Of a stretch of 50,765 nucleotides of DNA, positions 17,248 to 27,731 are shown piece by piece. Origin of the DNA: an uncultured Oribacterium sp. (GTDB lineage Bacteria; Bacillota; Clostridia; Lachnospirales; Lachnospiraceae). The stretch's first letter is position 1. Every line of letters begins with the position of its first letter. A model generated the notes under the pieces. The model did no database searches. It worked only from the letters and a program-made list of their open reading frames with translations, and was not told the origin of the DNA. The stretch is taken from contig CABTMH010000169.1 in assembly GCA_902485915.1 (NCBI GenBank), positions 1-50,765 on the forward strand. The letters are read 5' to 3'. The translations under genes were made by a program, and so were the position numbers.

Positions 17248-20200
17248 ATGCATAAAATAACCGAATTTGTCCTGAAAAGACCGGTTACCACCTTCCTCGT
17301 GGTCATCAGTCTGATCTTCTTCGGATTCATGTCCATCACGAACCAGAAGATGGAGCTTATGTCCGATATCGATATGCCGATGATGATCGTCAGCACAACC
17401 TATGCGGGCGCATCACCGGAGGATGTGGATAAGCTGATTACGAAGCCGATCGAGGATGGTGTATCCGTTCTGTCAGATGTGAAGGAGGTCACCTCCCAGT
17501 CAGCGGAAAACTATGGCATGACCATCATCCAGTATGAGTATGGTACGGATATGGATGAGGCCTATGATGCGCTGAAGAAGAAAATGGATTCCATCAAGTC
17601 GAAGCTTCCGGATGGCGCGGATGATCCGATCTACCTCGAGATGAACATGAACGGACAGCCGTCCATGTACCTCACGGTGCAGAACCCGACGCAGGAGAAC
17701 ATGTACAACTACGTCGAGAATGATATCGCACCGGAGTTCAACAAGCTGAGCTCGGTTGCATCGGTGGATACCACAGGTGGGCAGAAGCAGTACGTACAGA
17801 TCCAGCTGATTCCGGAGAAGCTGAAGCAGTATCATCTCTCCATGTCGACGGTGGCACAGCTTGTCGGTGCTGCGGATTTCAGTTATCCGGCAGGTACCAC
17901 CAGTGTCGGCAGCCAGGATCTTTCCGTCACCACTTCGGTCAGCTACCCGGATGTGCAGTCGCTTCAGAATATCCCGATCGTCACCGGAAACGGCAGTACG
18001 ATCTACCTGAAGGACATCGCCCTCGTGCAGCTCGCACTGGAGGACCAGTCGGCCATCGGTCGCTATGACGGAAATGATACGATGATGCTGAGCATCACGA
18101 AGACCCAGGACTCCTCGGCGGTAAGCATGTCGAAGGAAGTCATGGAGGAGGTAAATGAGCTCAAGCAGAAGGATGAGAATCTCGATATCATCGTCGTCAC
18201 CGACGAGGCGGACATGATCAAGAGCTCGCTTTCATCCGTTTTCCAGACCATGATCGCCGCCGTCATCATCTCGATGGTCATCATCTTTATCTTCTTCGGT
18301 GACGGGAAGGCATCCCTCATCGTCGGTACCTCCATCCCGATCTCGATCCTGACGGCGCTCATCGCGATGTGGGCGATGGGCTACTCCCTCAACATGATCA
18401 CGATGTCTGCGCTGGTGCTCGGCGTCGGCATGATGGTCGATGACTCCATCGTCGTCCTGGAGGCCTGCTTCCGTGCGATGGATAAGTATGTGGCGATCGG
18501 CGTGAAGACGCGTCGCAGCGCAGCGGTCGAGGCCGTGAAGACGGTCGGAGGATCCGTTCTCGGATCGACCGTCACGACCTGCGTCGTATTCCTGCCGCTC
18601 GGCTTCCTGACCGGTCTGTCCGGACAGTTCTTCGCACCGCTCGGCTTCACCATCGTGTTCTGTATGATCGCCTCGCTGATTTCAGCGGTTTCCATCGTAC
18701 CGCTCTGCTTCGTCTTCTATAAGCCGAAGGAGAACACGAAGGCACCGGCCTATAAGGCGATCCGCAGCATGCAGGGCGGCTACCGCCGTATCATGGAGAA
18801 GCTGCTTCGTCATAAGAAGATGGTGCTTCTCTCGACCGTCGGCCTGCTGATTCTTTCCTTCCTGCTGGCATCGCAGATCCGTACGGAGATGATGCCGCAG
18901 ACCGATCAGGGCCAGGTCAATATCACGGTTTCGACGAAACCAGGTCTCAAGATCGAGGAGGTGGATAAGATCCTTCAGAACATCGAGGCCATGGTCGCTG
19001 CCGATCCGGATACCGAGGACTATATGGTGAGCGCCGGCAGCTCGGGCATGATGTCCATGATGGGCGGTGGCGGCAACAGTGTCACCGCGTACCTGAAGAA
19101 GGATCGCAGCATGTCCACGAAGGAAAAGGCGAACGAATGGCGGAAGGCCCTTGATGGCACGAAGGATGCGGTCATCACCGTCGAGTCCTACAGTATGATG
19201 TCGACGATGTCCGTCGATAACGATACCTATTCTACGATCATCACCTCGACGAACTATGATAAGCTGAAGGAAGCATCCGATCAGATCGTAGACGAGCTTC
19301 GTCAGCGGAAGGATGTCACGGCTGTTCACTCTTCCCTCGAGAATGCAGCACCGCTCATCCGCTTCCATGTCGACCCGATCAAGGCCGCAGCCGAGGACCT
19401 CACCCCGGTACAGGTCGGTCAGCAGCTCTACAGCATGCTTTCCGGTACGAAGGCGATGACCATGCAGGTTGATGATGAGGATGTGGATGTGAAGGTCGAG
19501 TATCCGAAGGATGAGTATGACCATCTTCAGAAGGTAGAGGATATCTTCCTGAGCACGCCGACCGGTGCCCAGGTACAGCTGAAGGATCTCTGCGATATCA
19601 GGTTCGAGGATTCTCCGGCCACCATCGTACGAGATGATCGTAAGTATCAGGTGACCATCACGGCGGATTATACGGATCTCGCGGATAAAAAGACCTCGAA
19701 GACCATCGATCAGGAGGTCATCGCGAAGTACCTTACGAACGGGATCGGCTACGCAGAGAGCGCCAGCACGAAGATGATGATGGAGGAGTTCAGCTCGCTG
19801 GGCATGGCCATCATCATCGCGATCTTCCTGATCTGGGTGGTCATGGCAGCACAGTTTGAGTCGATGCGCTTCTCGTTCATGGTCATGACGACCCTGCCGT
19901 TTGCGCTGATCGGTTCCTTCTTCCTGCTGTGGATCGTGGATGCGACGATTTCCATGCCGTCCCTCCTCGGTTTCCTGATGCTGATCGGTACCGTCGTAAA
20001 TAACGGTATCCTCTATGTCGATACCGTCAATCAGTACCGTATGGCGATGCCACTCCAGCGTGCCCTCATCGAGGCCGGTGCGACCCGACTTCGTCCGATT
20101 CTGATGACGACCCTCACGACCGTCATCTCCATGGTGCCGATGGCGATGGGGATCGGTGACAACGGACAGATGATGCAGGGCCTCGCCCTCGTCGACGTCG

Positions 20201-20439
20201 GTGGACTCACCGCCTCGACCATCCTCGCCCTTCTGATGCTGCCGACCTACTATGCGGTCATGGATAAGCGAAAGCGAAACGTCGAGCAGGATGTTCCGGA
20301 GGCCGGCTATATGGAGGGTCGCAATCCGGCAGAGTATTATCAGAAGAAAGCAGCATCGGAGTGGGAGCGCTACGGTACACCGGACGATGATCCGACCCCG
20401 ATGGACGATGCGGATATGACCGATGGATTTCCAGATTAA
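17248..20439 (+). CDS. AcrB/SwrC-type RND efflux permease
   Basis: 1063 aa; KRPVTT, YAGASPEDV, GMMVDDSIVVLE, GTVVNNGIL and RLRPILMTT. Confidence 0.95.
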   Translation: MHKITEFVLKRPVTTFLVVISLIFFGFMSITNQKMELMSDIDMPMMIVSTTYAGASPEDVDKLITKPIEDGVSVLSDVKEVTSQSAENYGMTIIQYEYGTDMDEAYDALKKKMDSIKSKLPDGADDPIYLEMNMNGQPSMYLTVQNPTQENMYNYVENDIAPEFNKLSSVASVDTTGGQKQYVQIQLIPEKLKQYHLSMSTVAQLVGAADFSYPAGTTSVGSQDLSVTTSVSYPDVQSLQNIPIVTGNGSTIYLKDIALVQLALEDQSAIGRYDGNDTMMLSITKTQDSSAVSMSKEVMEEVNELKQKDENLDIIVVTDEADMIKSSLSSVFQTMIAAVIISMVIIFIFFGDGKASLIVGTSIPISILTALIAMWAMGYSLNMITMSALVLGVGMMVDDSIVVLEACFRAMDKYVAIGVKTRRSAAVEAVKTVGGSVLGSTVTTCVVFLPLGFLTGLSGQFFAPLGFTIVFCMIASLISAVSIVPLCFVFYKPKENTKAPAYKAIRSMQGGYRRIMEKLLRHKKMVLLSTVGLLILSFLLASQIRTEMMPQTDQGQVNITVSTKPGLKIEEVDKILQNIEAMVAADPDTEDYMVSAGSSGMMSMMGGGGNSVTAYLKKDRSMSTKEKANEWRKALDGTKDAVITVESYSMMSTMSVDNDTYSTIITSTNYDKLKEASDQIVDELRQRKDVTAVHSSLENAAPLIRFHVDPIKAAAEDLTPVQVGQQLYSMLSGTKAMTMQVDDEDVDVKVEYPKDEYDHLQKVEDIFLSTPTGAQVQLKDLCDIRFEDSPATIVRDDRKYQVTITADYTDLADKKTSKTIDQEVIAKYLTNGIGYAESASTKMMMEEFSSLGMAIIIAIFLIWVVMAAQFESMRFSFMVMTTLPFALIGSFFLLWIVDATISMPSLLGFLMLIGTVVNNGILYVDTVNQYRMAMPLQRALIEAGATRLRPILMTTLTTVISMVPMAMGIGDNGQMMQGLALVDVGGLTASTILALLMLPTYYAVMDKRKRNVEQDVPEAGYMEGRNPAEYYQKKAASEWERYGTPDDDPTPMDDADMTDGFPD

Positions 20440-20451
20440 AAGGAGAACTCA

Positions 20452-21633
20452 ATGAAGAAAAGCAGAAAGCAGATGACCGCCCTGACGCTGGTGCTCAGTA
20501 TGGCGATGTCCGGACAGGCACTCGCCGTGACAGGGGCGACGATCGATTATGCACCGGCGCAGACCTCCTATGAGCGGGAGCGGACGGCAGAGCAGTGGGC
20601 GACGCTGCGCGATCAGGTGATCACCTGGGATGAGCTGCAGGACCTCGTGCATGAGTATAATCCGACGGTGTCGGCGATGTGGCTGAACTATCGGAATAAC
20701 GAGAACAGTGGCACCTACGATCTCGACTACGATGATGTGCTCGACGCCATCGAGAGCACGTATTCGAATTCGCTGGGAAACGGAGACATCTCGGATGCCA
20801 CGGCAGAGATGACCCGGAGTACCTCGCTCGCGGGTATCGAAACGACGATTCAGAATTCGGACCGGCAGATCGTGGAGCTTACGAATCAGAAGACCGAGCA
20901 GAACATGACGGAGGCGATCCGGCAGCAGATCATCGCGATCTATACATCGGAGCTTACGAAGGAGCTCGATCAGCTGACGGCGGAGTATAACGAGACGAAG
21001 ATCGGCGTCGCCGAGCGGAAGCTGCAGGCGGGCACGGGTACGGAGCTCGACGTGCTGACGGCACAGAAGACGGCGAAGGATGCGAAGGCTGCGCTGCAGG
21101 CCGCGACCGCGGATGCCACGAAGGCGCGACAGACCGTGCTCGTGAACCTCGGCTGGAACTACGATGCGACGCCGGAGATCTGTGCGGTGCCGGAGGTGAC
21201 GGAGGAGATGATTTCCGCACTCGATCTCGCCCAGGATACGAAGACGGCACTTCAGAATAATTACCAGCTGAAAATCGATCAGCGGAAGCTCGCGCTGGCC
21301 GAGAGCGACGGCACGAAGAACACGACGCAGATTACCGTGACGAACGACGAGAATCAGGTGCAGTCGAACATGACAGCCCGCTATAACGCCGTTCTGAGTG
21401 CACAGAACGAGCTTCGGAAGGCAGAGCTGAATCTGCAGAATATGCAGACGACGCTCGGACGTGTGACCCGGAGCTACGCAGCAGGCGCGGCGAGTGCGCG
21501 TGATCTCGAAGATGCGCAGTACAGTGCATCGGCGGCAGAGTATACCGTGAAGCTCGATCGCTATGCGCTTCAGAGTGCATACTTCAGCTACCTCGCCGGC
21601 CGGGATGGCCTCGCGGGCAGCAGCGCGTCCTGA
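20452..21633 (+). CDS. TolC/OEP-like secreted coiled-coil protein 1
   Basis: Sec signal peptide ending ALA; OEP-like motifs (RKLQAGTGTELDV, YAAGAASARDL); position in the RND operon. Confidence 0.7.
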   Translation: MKKSRKQMTALTLVLSMAMSGQALAVTGATIDYAPAQTSYERERTAEQWATLRDQVITWDELQDLVHEYNPTVSAMWLNYRNNENSGTYDLDYDDVLDAIESTYSNSLGNGDISDATAEMTRSTSLAGIETTIQNSDRQIVELTNQKTEQNMTEAIRQQIIAIYTSELTKELDQLTAEYNETKIGVAERKLQAGTGTELDVLTAQKTAKDAKAALQAATADATKARQTVLVNLGWNYDATPEICAVPEVTEEMISALDLAQDTKTALQNNYQLKIDQRKLALAESDGTKNTTQITVTNDENQVQSNMTARYNAVLSAQNELRKAELNLQNMQTTLGRVTRSYAAGAASARDLEDAQYSASAAEYTVKLDRYALQSAYFSYLAGRDGLAGSSAS

Positions 21634-21761
21634 CGTAACGGATAAGCATGCATTGGATCGAATCGAGGAAGCACAGGCGTCGTGCCGATGCGCGTGTCCG
21701 CACCGTGCATACAGCATGCCGGATACGGTTCTGATTTGATCCGATGAACAGGAGAGTGACG

Positions 21762-23018
21762 ATGAAGAACAGAACATATATGACCGCGCTTCTGATCCTG
21801 ACGCTCGGTGCCTATGGTTGTGGATCGCCTGCATTGGCCGCGACTACGACCATCAGCCATCCGCTGTACGGTGAAAGCCACACGCTGACGGGGCAGGATA
21901 GCACGGGACGGCCGGATGGGATGGATGACGCCACCTGGGCGGCGCTCATGGATGATGTCATCGAGTACAGCGAGATCCCGGATCTCGTGGAGTACCGGAG
22001 TATCATCGGGCGGACGCAGACGGCGATGATCGATGGACAGGCTGAAGGTATGGGGCAGGTGGTGGATGCGCTGTCGGGTACGATCAGTGATCTGAGAGAC
22101 ACCATCTCGGAGCTCCGGGAAAAGGCGACGGACAGTACGAGCGAGGAAGAGAAGCAGGCGTATCTTATGCAGATAAAGAGCATGGAATATGCCATCAGCT
22201 CCACGAACAGCGCGTCGCCTACCTATGCGAAGAACCAGATGGAAGGCGGTATTTCGACCCTCGTGACGAAGATGAAGCAGGGACTGCACCCGACGAAGGT
22301 GGCCATGATCTCCGGCATGAACAGTGCGTTCGTGGGCTACCAGAGTCTCGTGGAGCTCCGGGAGATGTACGCGGAGCAGGTCGAGATGTACGAAGGGATG
22401 TATGAGCGTGCTGAGCGGCAGCAGGCCCTCGGCTCGGCGACGACCCTCGAGGTACAGCAGGCGAAGGGGAATCTCGAGGGTGTGAAGCTGAGCCTCTCCG
22501 ACACCGAAGAGAAGCTGCGTTCCGTGAAGGATGCCATCGCGCTGACGCTCGGATGGAATGCGGCGGATACCGCGAAGGTGACGATCGGAAAGCTTCCGGC
22601 GTACGACATAAGCTATATGACCGGCCGGAATCTCGACGCGGACATCGCTGAGGCACGGCTCCATAATGTGGCCTATGGCAGCGCGATGAGTACGGTTGAT
22701 AAGAACATCACCGGCTATACCGCGACGGATATCGAGCGGAGATCCGCGGAGCAGAACCTGAACATCACGATGACGGAGCTCTATAACGCGGCCGTGCAGG
22801 CGGGTACAGACTATGAATCGGCGCAGCTCGGCTTCCAGATCGCGGACCGGCAGAAGGCCTCGGCGGAGCGTATGCTGGCTGCCGGCATGATGAGCCTCAC
22901 GGATTATAAGGCAGCATCGATGCAGTATATCGCATCGAAGATGCAGGCGGACATGTCCGCCATCAACGCTTCTCAGGCGGTGCTGAACTACCAGAACGCA
23001 CTGCAGGGCATCCTGTGA
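21762..23018 (+). CDS. TolC/OEP-like secreted coiled-coil protein 2
   Basis: Signal peptide; QQALGSATTLEV and LAAGMMSLTDY; shares W..L.D.VI with protein 1; GGAG RBS before ATG 21762. Confidence 0.7.
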   Translation: MKNRTYMTALLILTLGAYGCGSPALAATTTISHPLYGESHTLTGQDSTGRPDGMDDATWAALMDDVIEYSEIPDLVEYRSIIGRTQTAMIDGQAEGMGQVVDALSGTISDLRDTISELREKATDSTSEEEKQAYLMQIKSMEYAISSTNSASPTYAKNQMEGGISTLVTKMKQGLHPTKVAMISGMNSAFVGYQSLVELREMYAEQVEMYEGMYERAERQQALGSATTLEVQQAKGNLEGVKLSLSDTEEKLRSVKDAIALTLGWNAADTAKVTIGKLPAYDISYMTGRNLDADIAEARLHNVAYGSAMSTVDKNITGYTATDIERRSAEQNLNITMTELYNAAVQAGTDYESAQLGFQIADRQKASAERMLAAGMMSLTDYKAASMQYIASKMQADMSAINASQAVLNYQNALQGIL

Positions 23019-23048
23019 TGCCTTCGGTTTCATCGTAGTATGGCGGTT

Positions 23049-23113
23049 CCCGTTACTGTGCACACGTGTACTGATCAGGCAGGGCCGGAGGGCAACCATC
23101 AGAAACACAGTAC
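23049..23113 (-). repeat. Intergenic repeat, copy 4 (reverse orientation, subfamily B)
   Basis: Reverse complement GTACTGTGTTTCTGATGGTTGCCCTCCGGCCCTGCCTGATCAGTACACGTGTGCACAGTAACGGG. Confidence 0.9.
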
Positions 23114-23351
23114 GATAATATTTTTTTAAAAGAACGATGTACAAAATGTTGCGCACTCCATGTGTTAGTATATGGGATGTCGGAAAGCTTGAAAAAGCGT
23201 CTCCTGCGCGGGTTTTGTGCATCGTTTTTTCTAGTCTGTCTGCAGACTAGAACTATGGTCTGCAGACAGACTATGGTCGACATAACGACTATATTCAAAG
23301 GATAAACACTATGCTATACTTCGTGCAAAGGAAAAGGAAGGTGTATACTCC

Positions 23352-23404
23352 TTGACAGTGACAGGATTTAAGCTTAAAATGATGAATTAAAAGAACATAC
23401 GTTT
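23352..23404 (+). promoter_or_regulatory. recA SigA promoter and LexA (Cheo) box
   Basis: TTGACA(23352)-17-TAAAAT(23375); GAAC-ATAC-GTTT at 23393-23404 fits the Firmicutes GAAC-N4-GTTY box. Confidence 0.85.
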
Positions 23405-23419
23405 TTACGGAGGATAGAC

Positions 23420-24532
23420 ATGGCAGCGAAGACCAGTAAGGCACCGGTTGACTATAATCAGGATCATGACCAGAAGCTGAAGGCCCTGGATGTGGCACTC
23501 ACACAGATCGAAAAGAATTTTGGTAAGGGCTCAATCATGAAGCTCGGTGAGTCTGCCGCAAATCTTAATATCGAAACCGTACCGACCGGATCCCTTTCCC
23601 TGGATATCGCGCTCGGTGCCGGCGGCTACCCGAAGGGAAGAATCATCGAGATCTATGGACCGGAGTCCTCTGGTAAGACGACGCTCGCGCTCCATGCCGT
23701 GGCCGAAGTGCAGAAGCGTGGCGGGATCGCCGGCTTCATCGATGCAGAGCATGCACTGGATCCGAAGTACGCGCAGAACATCGGCGTCGATATCGATAAT
23801 CTCTATATTTCCCAGCCGGATTCCGGTGAGCAGGCACTGGAGATCGCCGAGACGATGGTGCGCTCCGGCGCGATCGACATCCTAGTCATCGACTCGGTCG
23901 CTGCCCTCGTTCCGAAGGCGGAGATCGATGGTGAGATGGGCGACAGCCACGTCGGTCTGCAGGCACGACTCATGTCGCAGGCGCTTCGTAAGCTGACGGC
24001 GGTCATCGCGAAGTCGAACTGTATCCTGATCTTCATCAACCAGCTGCGTGAGAAGGTCGGCGTGATGTTCGGAAATCCGGAGACGACGACCGGTGGACGG
24101 GCACTGAAGTTCTACGCCTCCGTCCGACTGGATATCCGTCGGGTGGAGACCCTGAAGCAGAACGGGGATGCCGCCGGTAACCGTGTACGTGTAAAGGTTG
24201 TAAAGAACAAGATCGCCCCGCCGTTTAAGCAGGCGGAGTTCGATGTCATGTTCGGCGAGGGCATCTCGAAGGCCGGTGACGTCCTGGATCTTGCGGTCAA
24301 CGAGAACATCGTCGAGAAGTCTGGTGCATGGTTTGCTTATCATGGCGACAAGATCGGACAGGGCCGTGAGAATGCGAAGGAGTACCTCCGCCAGAATCCG
24401 GCGACCATGGCGGAGATCGAAGGTCTCGTACGCGAGAAGTACGGACTGCCGAAGGACGAGTTTGCCGAGGCGGCTGCGCAGCAGATGCAGTCAGACGATG
24501 TGGACGATGCGGACGAAGAGGATGAGATGTAA
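23420..24532 (+). CDS. recA: Recombinase A
   Basis: Motifs [30 protein letters not shown] and [12 protein letters not shown]. Confidence 0.99.
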   Translation: MAAKTSKAPVDYNQDHDQKLKALDVALTQIEKNFGKGSIMKLGESAANLNIETVPTGSLSLDIALGAGGYPKGRIIEIYGPESSGKTTLALHAVAEVQKRGGIAGFIDAEHALDPKYAQNIGVDIDNLYISQPDSGEQALEIAETMVRSGAIDILVIDSVAALVPKAEIDGEMGDSHVGLQARLMSQALRKLTAVIAKSNCILIFINQLREKVGVMFGNPETTTGGRALKFYASVRLDIRRVETLKQNGDAAGNRVRVKVVKNKIAPPFKQAEFDVMFGEGISKAGDVLDLAVNENIVEKSGAWFAYHGDKIGQGRENAKEYLRQNPATMAEIEGLVREKYGLPKDEFAEAAAQQMQSDDVDDADEEDEM

Positions 24533-24550
24533 GTCTGCATTTTCTTATCA

Positions 24551-24586
24551 GCCGGATGATTCCGATGGGGATGATCCGGCTTTTTT
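24551..24586 (+). terminator. Intrinsic terminator between recA and recX
   Basis: GCCGGAT...ATCCGGC followed by TTTTTT. Confidence 0.7.
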
Positions 24587-24652
24587 GTGCGGATTCATGA
24601 GCATCATACGAAGGGCGAAAAGGTGCATGCATCTGCAGGAAAGGAAGCGTCA

Positions 24653-25213
24653 TTGAAAAGTCTGGAGGATTTTCAGAGAGAGCATGGCAGTGGGGAGCGT
24701 TATGTGCTGGACCCGGATCAGCTGAGCGAGCGGGAGAAGCTTGTGAATCGCTGTAAGGAGCGCTGCCTCTATCTCATCGAGCACTCAGAGAAGAGCGAAT
24801 CCCGTCTCCGGGAGAAGCTTCGGAAATCCGGAAAATACACGGAGGATATCATCGATGAAGCGATGAAGATGCTGAAGAGCTATGGGTACATCGATGATCG
24901 GCGATTCGCTGAGCAGCTGATTAAAACCTATGCTGGACAGAAGTCGCTCCGGGAGATCGAGCAGAAGCTCTACCAGCGTGGCGTCGGACAGGCGGAGATC
25001 CGTGCGGCGATGGATGCCTTCCGTGCAGACGAGCAGCGCGCCGGCAATGCGGAGCTTCTGGCCGTGCAGCGGGCGATTCGTAAGAAGTGTAAGGATACGG
25101 AGGCACTCGGCGTAGAGGAGAAGCGGAAGCTCTATGCCGCGCTGCTCCGGAAGGGCTTCAGCTATGAGCTCGTGACACGGGCACTGGCAATCGATGCCGG
25201 AGAAAGCCTGTAG
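24653..25213 (+). CDS. recX: Regulatory protein RecX
   Basis: LKSYGYIDDRRFA, KLYQRGV, LLRKGFSYE; directly after recA; TTG 24653 start inferred from an AAGGA RBS. Confidence 0.88.
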   Translation: MKSLEDFQREHGSGERYVLDPDQLSEREKLVNRCKERCLYLIEHSEKSESRLREKLRKSGKYTEDIIDEAMKMLKSYGYIDDRRFAEQLIKTYAGQKSLREIEQKLYQRGVGQAEIRAAMDAFRADEQRAGNAELLAVQRAIRKKCKDTEALGVEEKRKLYAALLRKGFSYELVTRALAIDAGESL

Positions 25214-25313
25214 CCTTACTGCTGATCAGGATCTGTCGTGCAAAATATAATTGCATGCCCAGGCCACATATGCTAAGATACCGATTCGTGACGAAAAACA
25301 GCCGGAGGGTATC

Positions 25314-25760
25314 ATGGCAGATAAATACGATTGCTTGAAACTGGAAAACCAGCTTTGCTTCCCACTCTATGCATGTGCGAAGGAGGTCGTACGGCACTAT
25401 AAGCCGTTCCTGGATAAACTGGATCTGACCTATACGCAGTACATCGTGATGATGGTGTTATGGGAGAAGAAAAGTGTGAACGTAAAGACGCTCGGAGAGA
25501 ATCTGTACCTGGATTCCGGTACATTGACCCCGCTGCTGAAGCGACTCGAAACGAAGGGACTCATCCGACGGGCTCGCTCCCACAGTGACGAGCGTGCACT
25601 GGATGTCTCCATCACCGAGAAGGGTGAGGCACTTCGGGAAGACGCACTCGATATCCCGCGGGAAATCAACGCATGTATGCAGCTTCAGAAAGATGAGATC
25701 CATGCTCTGTATACACTGCTTTATAAGACCCTGGACGGCGTCGAAGCGTCCATCGCATAG
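25314..25760 (+). CDS. ohrR: MarR-family regulator, OhrR-like
   Basis: LENQLCFPLY (redox-sensing Cys), LTYTQYIVMMVLW and LDSGTLTPLLKRLE. Confidence 0.8.
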   Translation: MADKYDCLKLENQLCFPLYACAKEVVRHYKPFLDKLDLTYTQYIVMMVLWEKKSVNVKTLGENLYLDSGTLTPLLKRLETKGLIRRARSHSDERALDVSITEKGEALREDALDIPREINACMQLQKDEIHALYTLLYKTLDGVEASIA

Positions 25761-25776
25761 GAAACGGTATGTATGA

Positions 25777-25811
25777 AAAACTGTTCGCAGCCTGCTGCGG
25801 GCGGTTTTTTT
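25777..25811 (+). terminator. Intrinsic terminator after ohrR
   Basis: AAAAACTGTTCGCAGC-ct-GCTGCGGGCGGTTTTT. Confidence 0.7.
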
Positions 25812-25827
25812 GTTCTTCCCCTTCTTG

Positions 25828-25856
25828 TTGACATGATTGTTATATTTATATAAAAT
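25828..25856 (+). promoter_or_regulatory. SigA promoter of rny
   Basis: TTGACA-17-TAAAAT. Confidence 0.75.
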
Positions 25857-26010
25857 TAGGTGGTTGAGTTAATGTAATTTGAAAATAATTTCAAATATAA
25901 GCTGTATTATAAATAGAATTGGTCTGGGCCGGGACGGACAGTCTGCCGTTTTGACTCGTTCACATATCTGTTTGTACATTAACAACATAATAGTGAAGGA
26001 GGAACACAAA

Positions 26011-27552
26011 GTGACCATCGTTATCGTTGTGGCAGTGGCCGTTGTGACAGGCCTCATTATGTTCTTCGCTGGAACAAACAAGGCAAAGAGCGACTTCGAA
26101 AAGACAGTCGGCTCCGCTGAGAAGAAATCCAGAGAGATCATCGATGATGCGATCAGAACAGCTGAGAATAAGAAGCGTGAAGCTCTTCTCGAGACGAAGG
26201 AAGAGGCATTAAAGGCGAAAAACGATCTGGATAAGGAGATCAAGGACCGTCGTAAGGAGGTATCCGATCTCGAGCATCGTATGCTGAAGAGAGAGGAAGC
26301 ATCTGAGAAGAAGGCTGCTTCCCTGGATCAGAAGGAGCAGGAGCTCCGGATGCAGCAGGAGCGGATGCAGAAGAAGGAAGCCGAGATCGACGAGCTGCAT
26401 AATCAGAAGGTGACGGAGCTCGAGCGTGTATCCGGTCTCACGAGAGATCAGGCGAAGTCAGAGCTTCTGAAGTCCCTCGAAGAGGACACGAAGCACGATT
26501 ATGCGAAGATGATTCGCGAGTATGATAATCAGGCGAAGGAAGAGGCGGAGAAGAGCGCCCGCAACTACATCGTGGATGCGATTCAGCGCTGTGCAGCCGA
26601 TCAGGTGACCGAGTCGACCGTTTCCGTCGTGCAGCTTCCGAATGATGATATGAAGGGCCGCATCATCGGCCGTGAGGGACGTAATATTCGTACACTGGAG
26701 CAGCTGACCGGCGTAGAGCTGATCGTCGACGATACGCCGGAGGCGGTTGTTCTTTCCGGATTTGATCCGGTGCGTCGTGAGGTCGCCAGAATCGCCCTCG
26801 AGAAGCTCATCGTCGATGGACGTATCCATCCGGCGAGAATCGAAGAGGTCGTAGAGAAGGCACAGAAGGAAGTCGACGAAACCATCCGTGAGGAGGGTGA
26901 TGCCGCTGTCCTCGAGGTCGGCGTACACGGTCTGAATCCGGAGCTGGTGAAGCTTCTCGGTCGTATGAAGTTCCGTACCTCCTATGGTCAGAATGCACTT
27001 CGTCACTCCGTGGAGGTCGCACAGATTTCCGGACTCCTCGCCGAGGAGCTCGGACTCGACGTTCGTATGGCGAAGAGAGCCGGTCTGCTGCATGATATCG
27101 GTAAGGCCATCGACCACGATATGGAAGGAACGCATGTCCAGCTCGGCGTCGATCTCTGCAAGAAGTATCATGAGCCGGAGGTGGTCATCAACACCGTGGC
27201 ATCACATCATGGCGGTACCGAGCCGACATCCCTGATTGCCTGTCTCGTCGCCGCAGCCGATGCGATTTCCGCAGCTCGTCCGGGCGCACGTCGTAAGTCT
27301 CTCGAGACCTACACGAATCGTCTGAAGGAACTCGAGGATATCACGAACTCCTACAAGGGCGTAGAGAAGTCCTTCGCCGTTCAGGCCGGACGAGAAGTGC
27401 GTATCATGGTTGTCCCGGATCAGGTATCCGACGATGATATGACCATCATGGCACACGATATCGCGAAGCAGATCCAGGATCAGATGCAGTATCCTGGCGT
27501 CATCAAGGTCAACGTGATCCGCGAATCCCGTGCCGTAGACTACGCGAAGTAA
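26011..27552 (+). CDS. rny: Ribonuclease Y
   Basis: N-terminal TM, coiled coil, KH domain ([13 protein letters not shown]), HD domain (LLHDIGKA); GTG start after AAGGAGG. Confidence 0.97.
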   Translation: MTIVIVVAVAVVTGLIMFFAGTNKAKSDFEKTVGSAEKKSREIIDDAIRTAENKKREALLETKEEALKAKNDLDKEIKDRRKEVSDLEHRMLKREEASEKKAASLDQKEQELRMQQERMQKKEAEIDELHNQKVTELERVSGLTRDQAKSELLKSLEEDTKHDYAKMIREYDNQAKEEAEKSARNYIVDAIQRCAADQVTESTVSVVQLPNDDMKGRIIGREGRNIRTLEQLTGVELIVDDTPEAVVLSGFDPVRREVARIALEKLIVDGRIHPARIEEVVEKAQKEVDETIREEGDAAVLEVGVHGLNPELVKLLGRMKFRTSYGQNALRHSVEVAQISGLLAEELGLDVRMAKRAGLLHDIGKAIDHDMEGTHVQLGVDLCKKYHEPEVVINTVASHHGGTEPTSLIACLVAAADAISAARPGARRKSLETYTNRLKELEDITNSYKGVEKSFAVQAGREVRIMVVPDQVSDDDMTIMAHDIAKQIQDQMQYPGVIKVNVIRESRAVDYAK

Positions 27553-27578
27553 ACAGAATCAATCATCATATGATGTAG

Positions 27579-27614
27579 AGAAATCCCTGCAGGCGATGCC
27601 CTGCAGGGATTTCT
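27579..27614. terminator. Terminator hairpin after rny
   Basis: AGAAATCCCTGCAGG-cgatgc-CCTGCAGGGATTTCT. Confidence 0.8.
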
Positions 27615-27623
27615 TACTATATA

Positions 27624-27731
27624 GTTACGGTGCACGCGTCAACTGTCCTCCGGCAGGGGCGTGTCGGTCCTCCGTCCTGCTACCGGCTTCCCGACACGCC
27701 CCTGCCGGATCAGTACACGAGCGAACAGTTC
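27624..27731 (+). repeat. Intergenic repeat, copy 5 (full length, perfect 19-bp inner stem)
   Basis: TCCGGCAGGGGCGTGTCGG (27649-27667) pairs with CCGACACGCCCCTGCCGGA (27691-27709); ends GATCAGTACACGAGCGAACAG. Confidence 0.9.

Noticed and set aside
25216..25230. TTACTG-CTGATCAGG resembling a repeat arm with an internal deletion
   Set aside because: Only 15 bp; could be chance.
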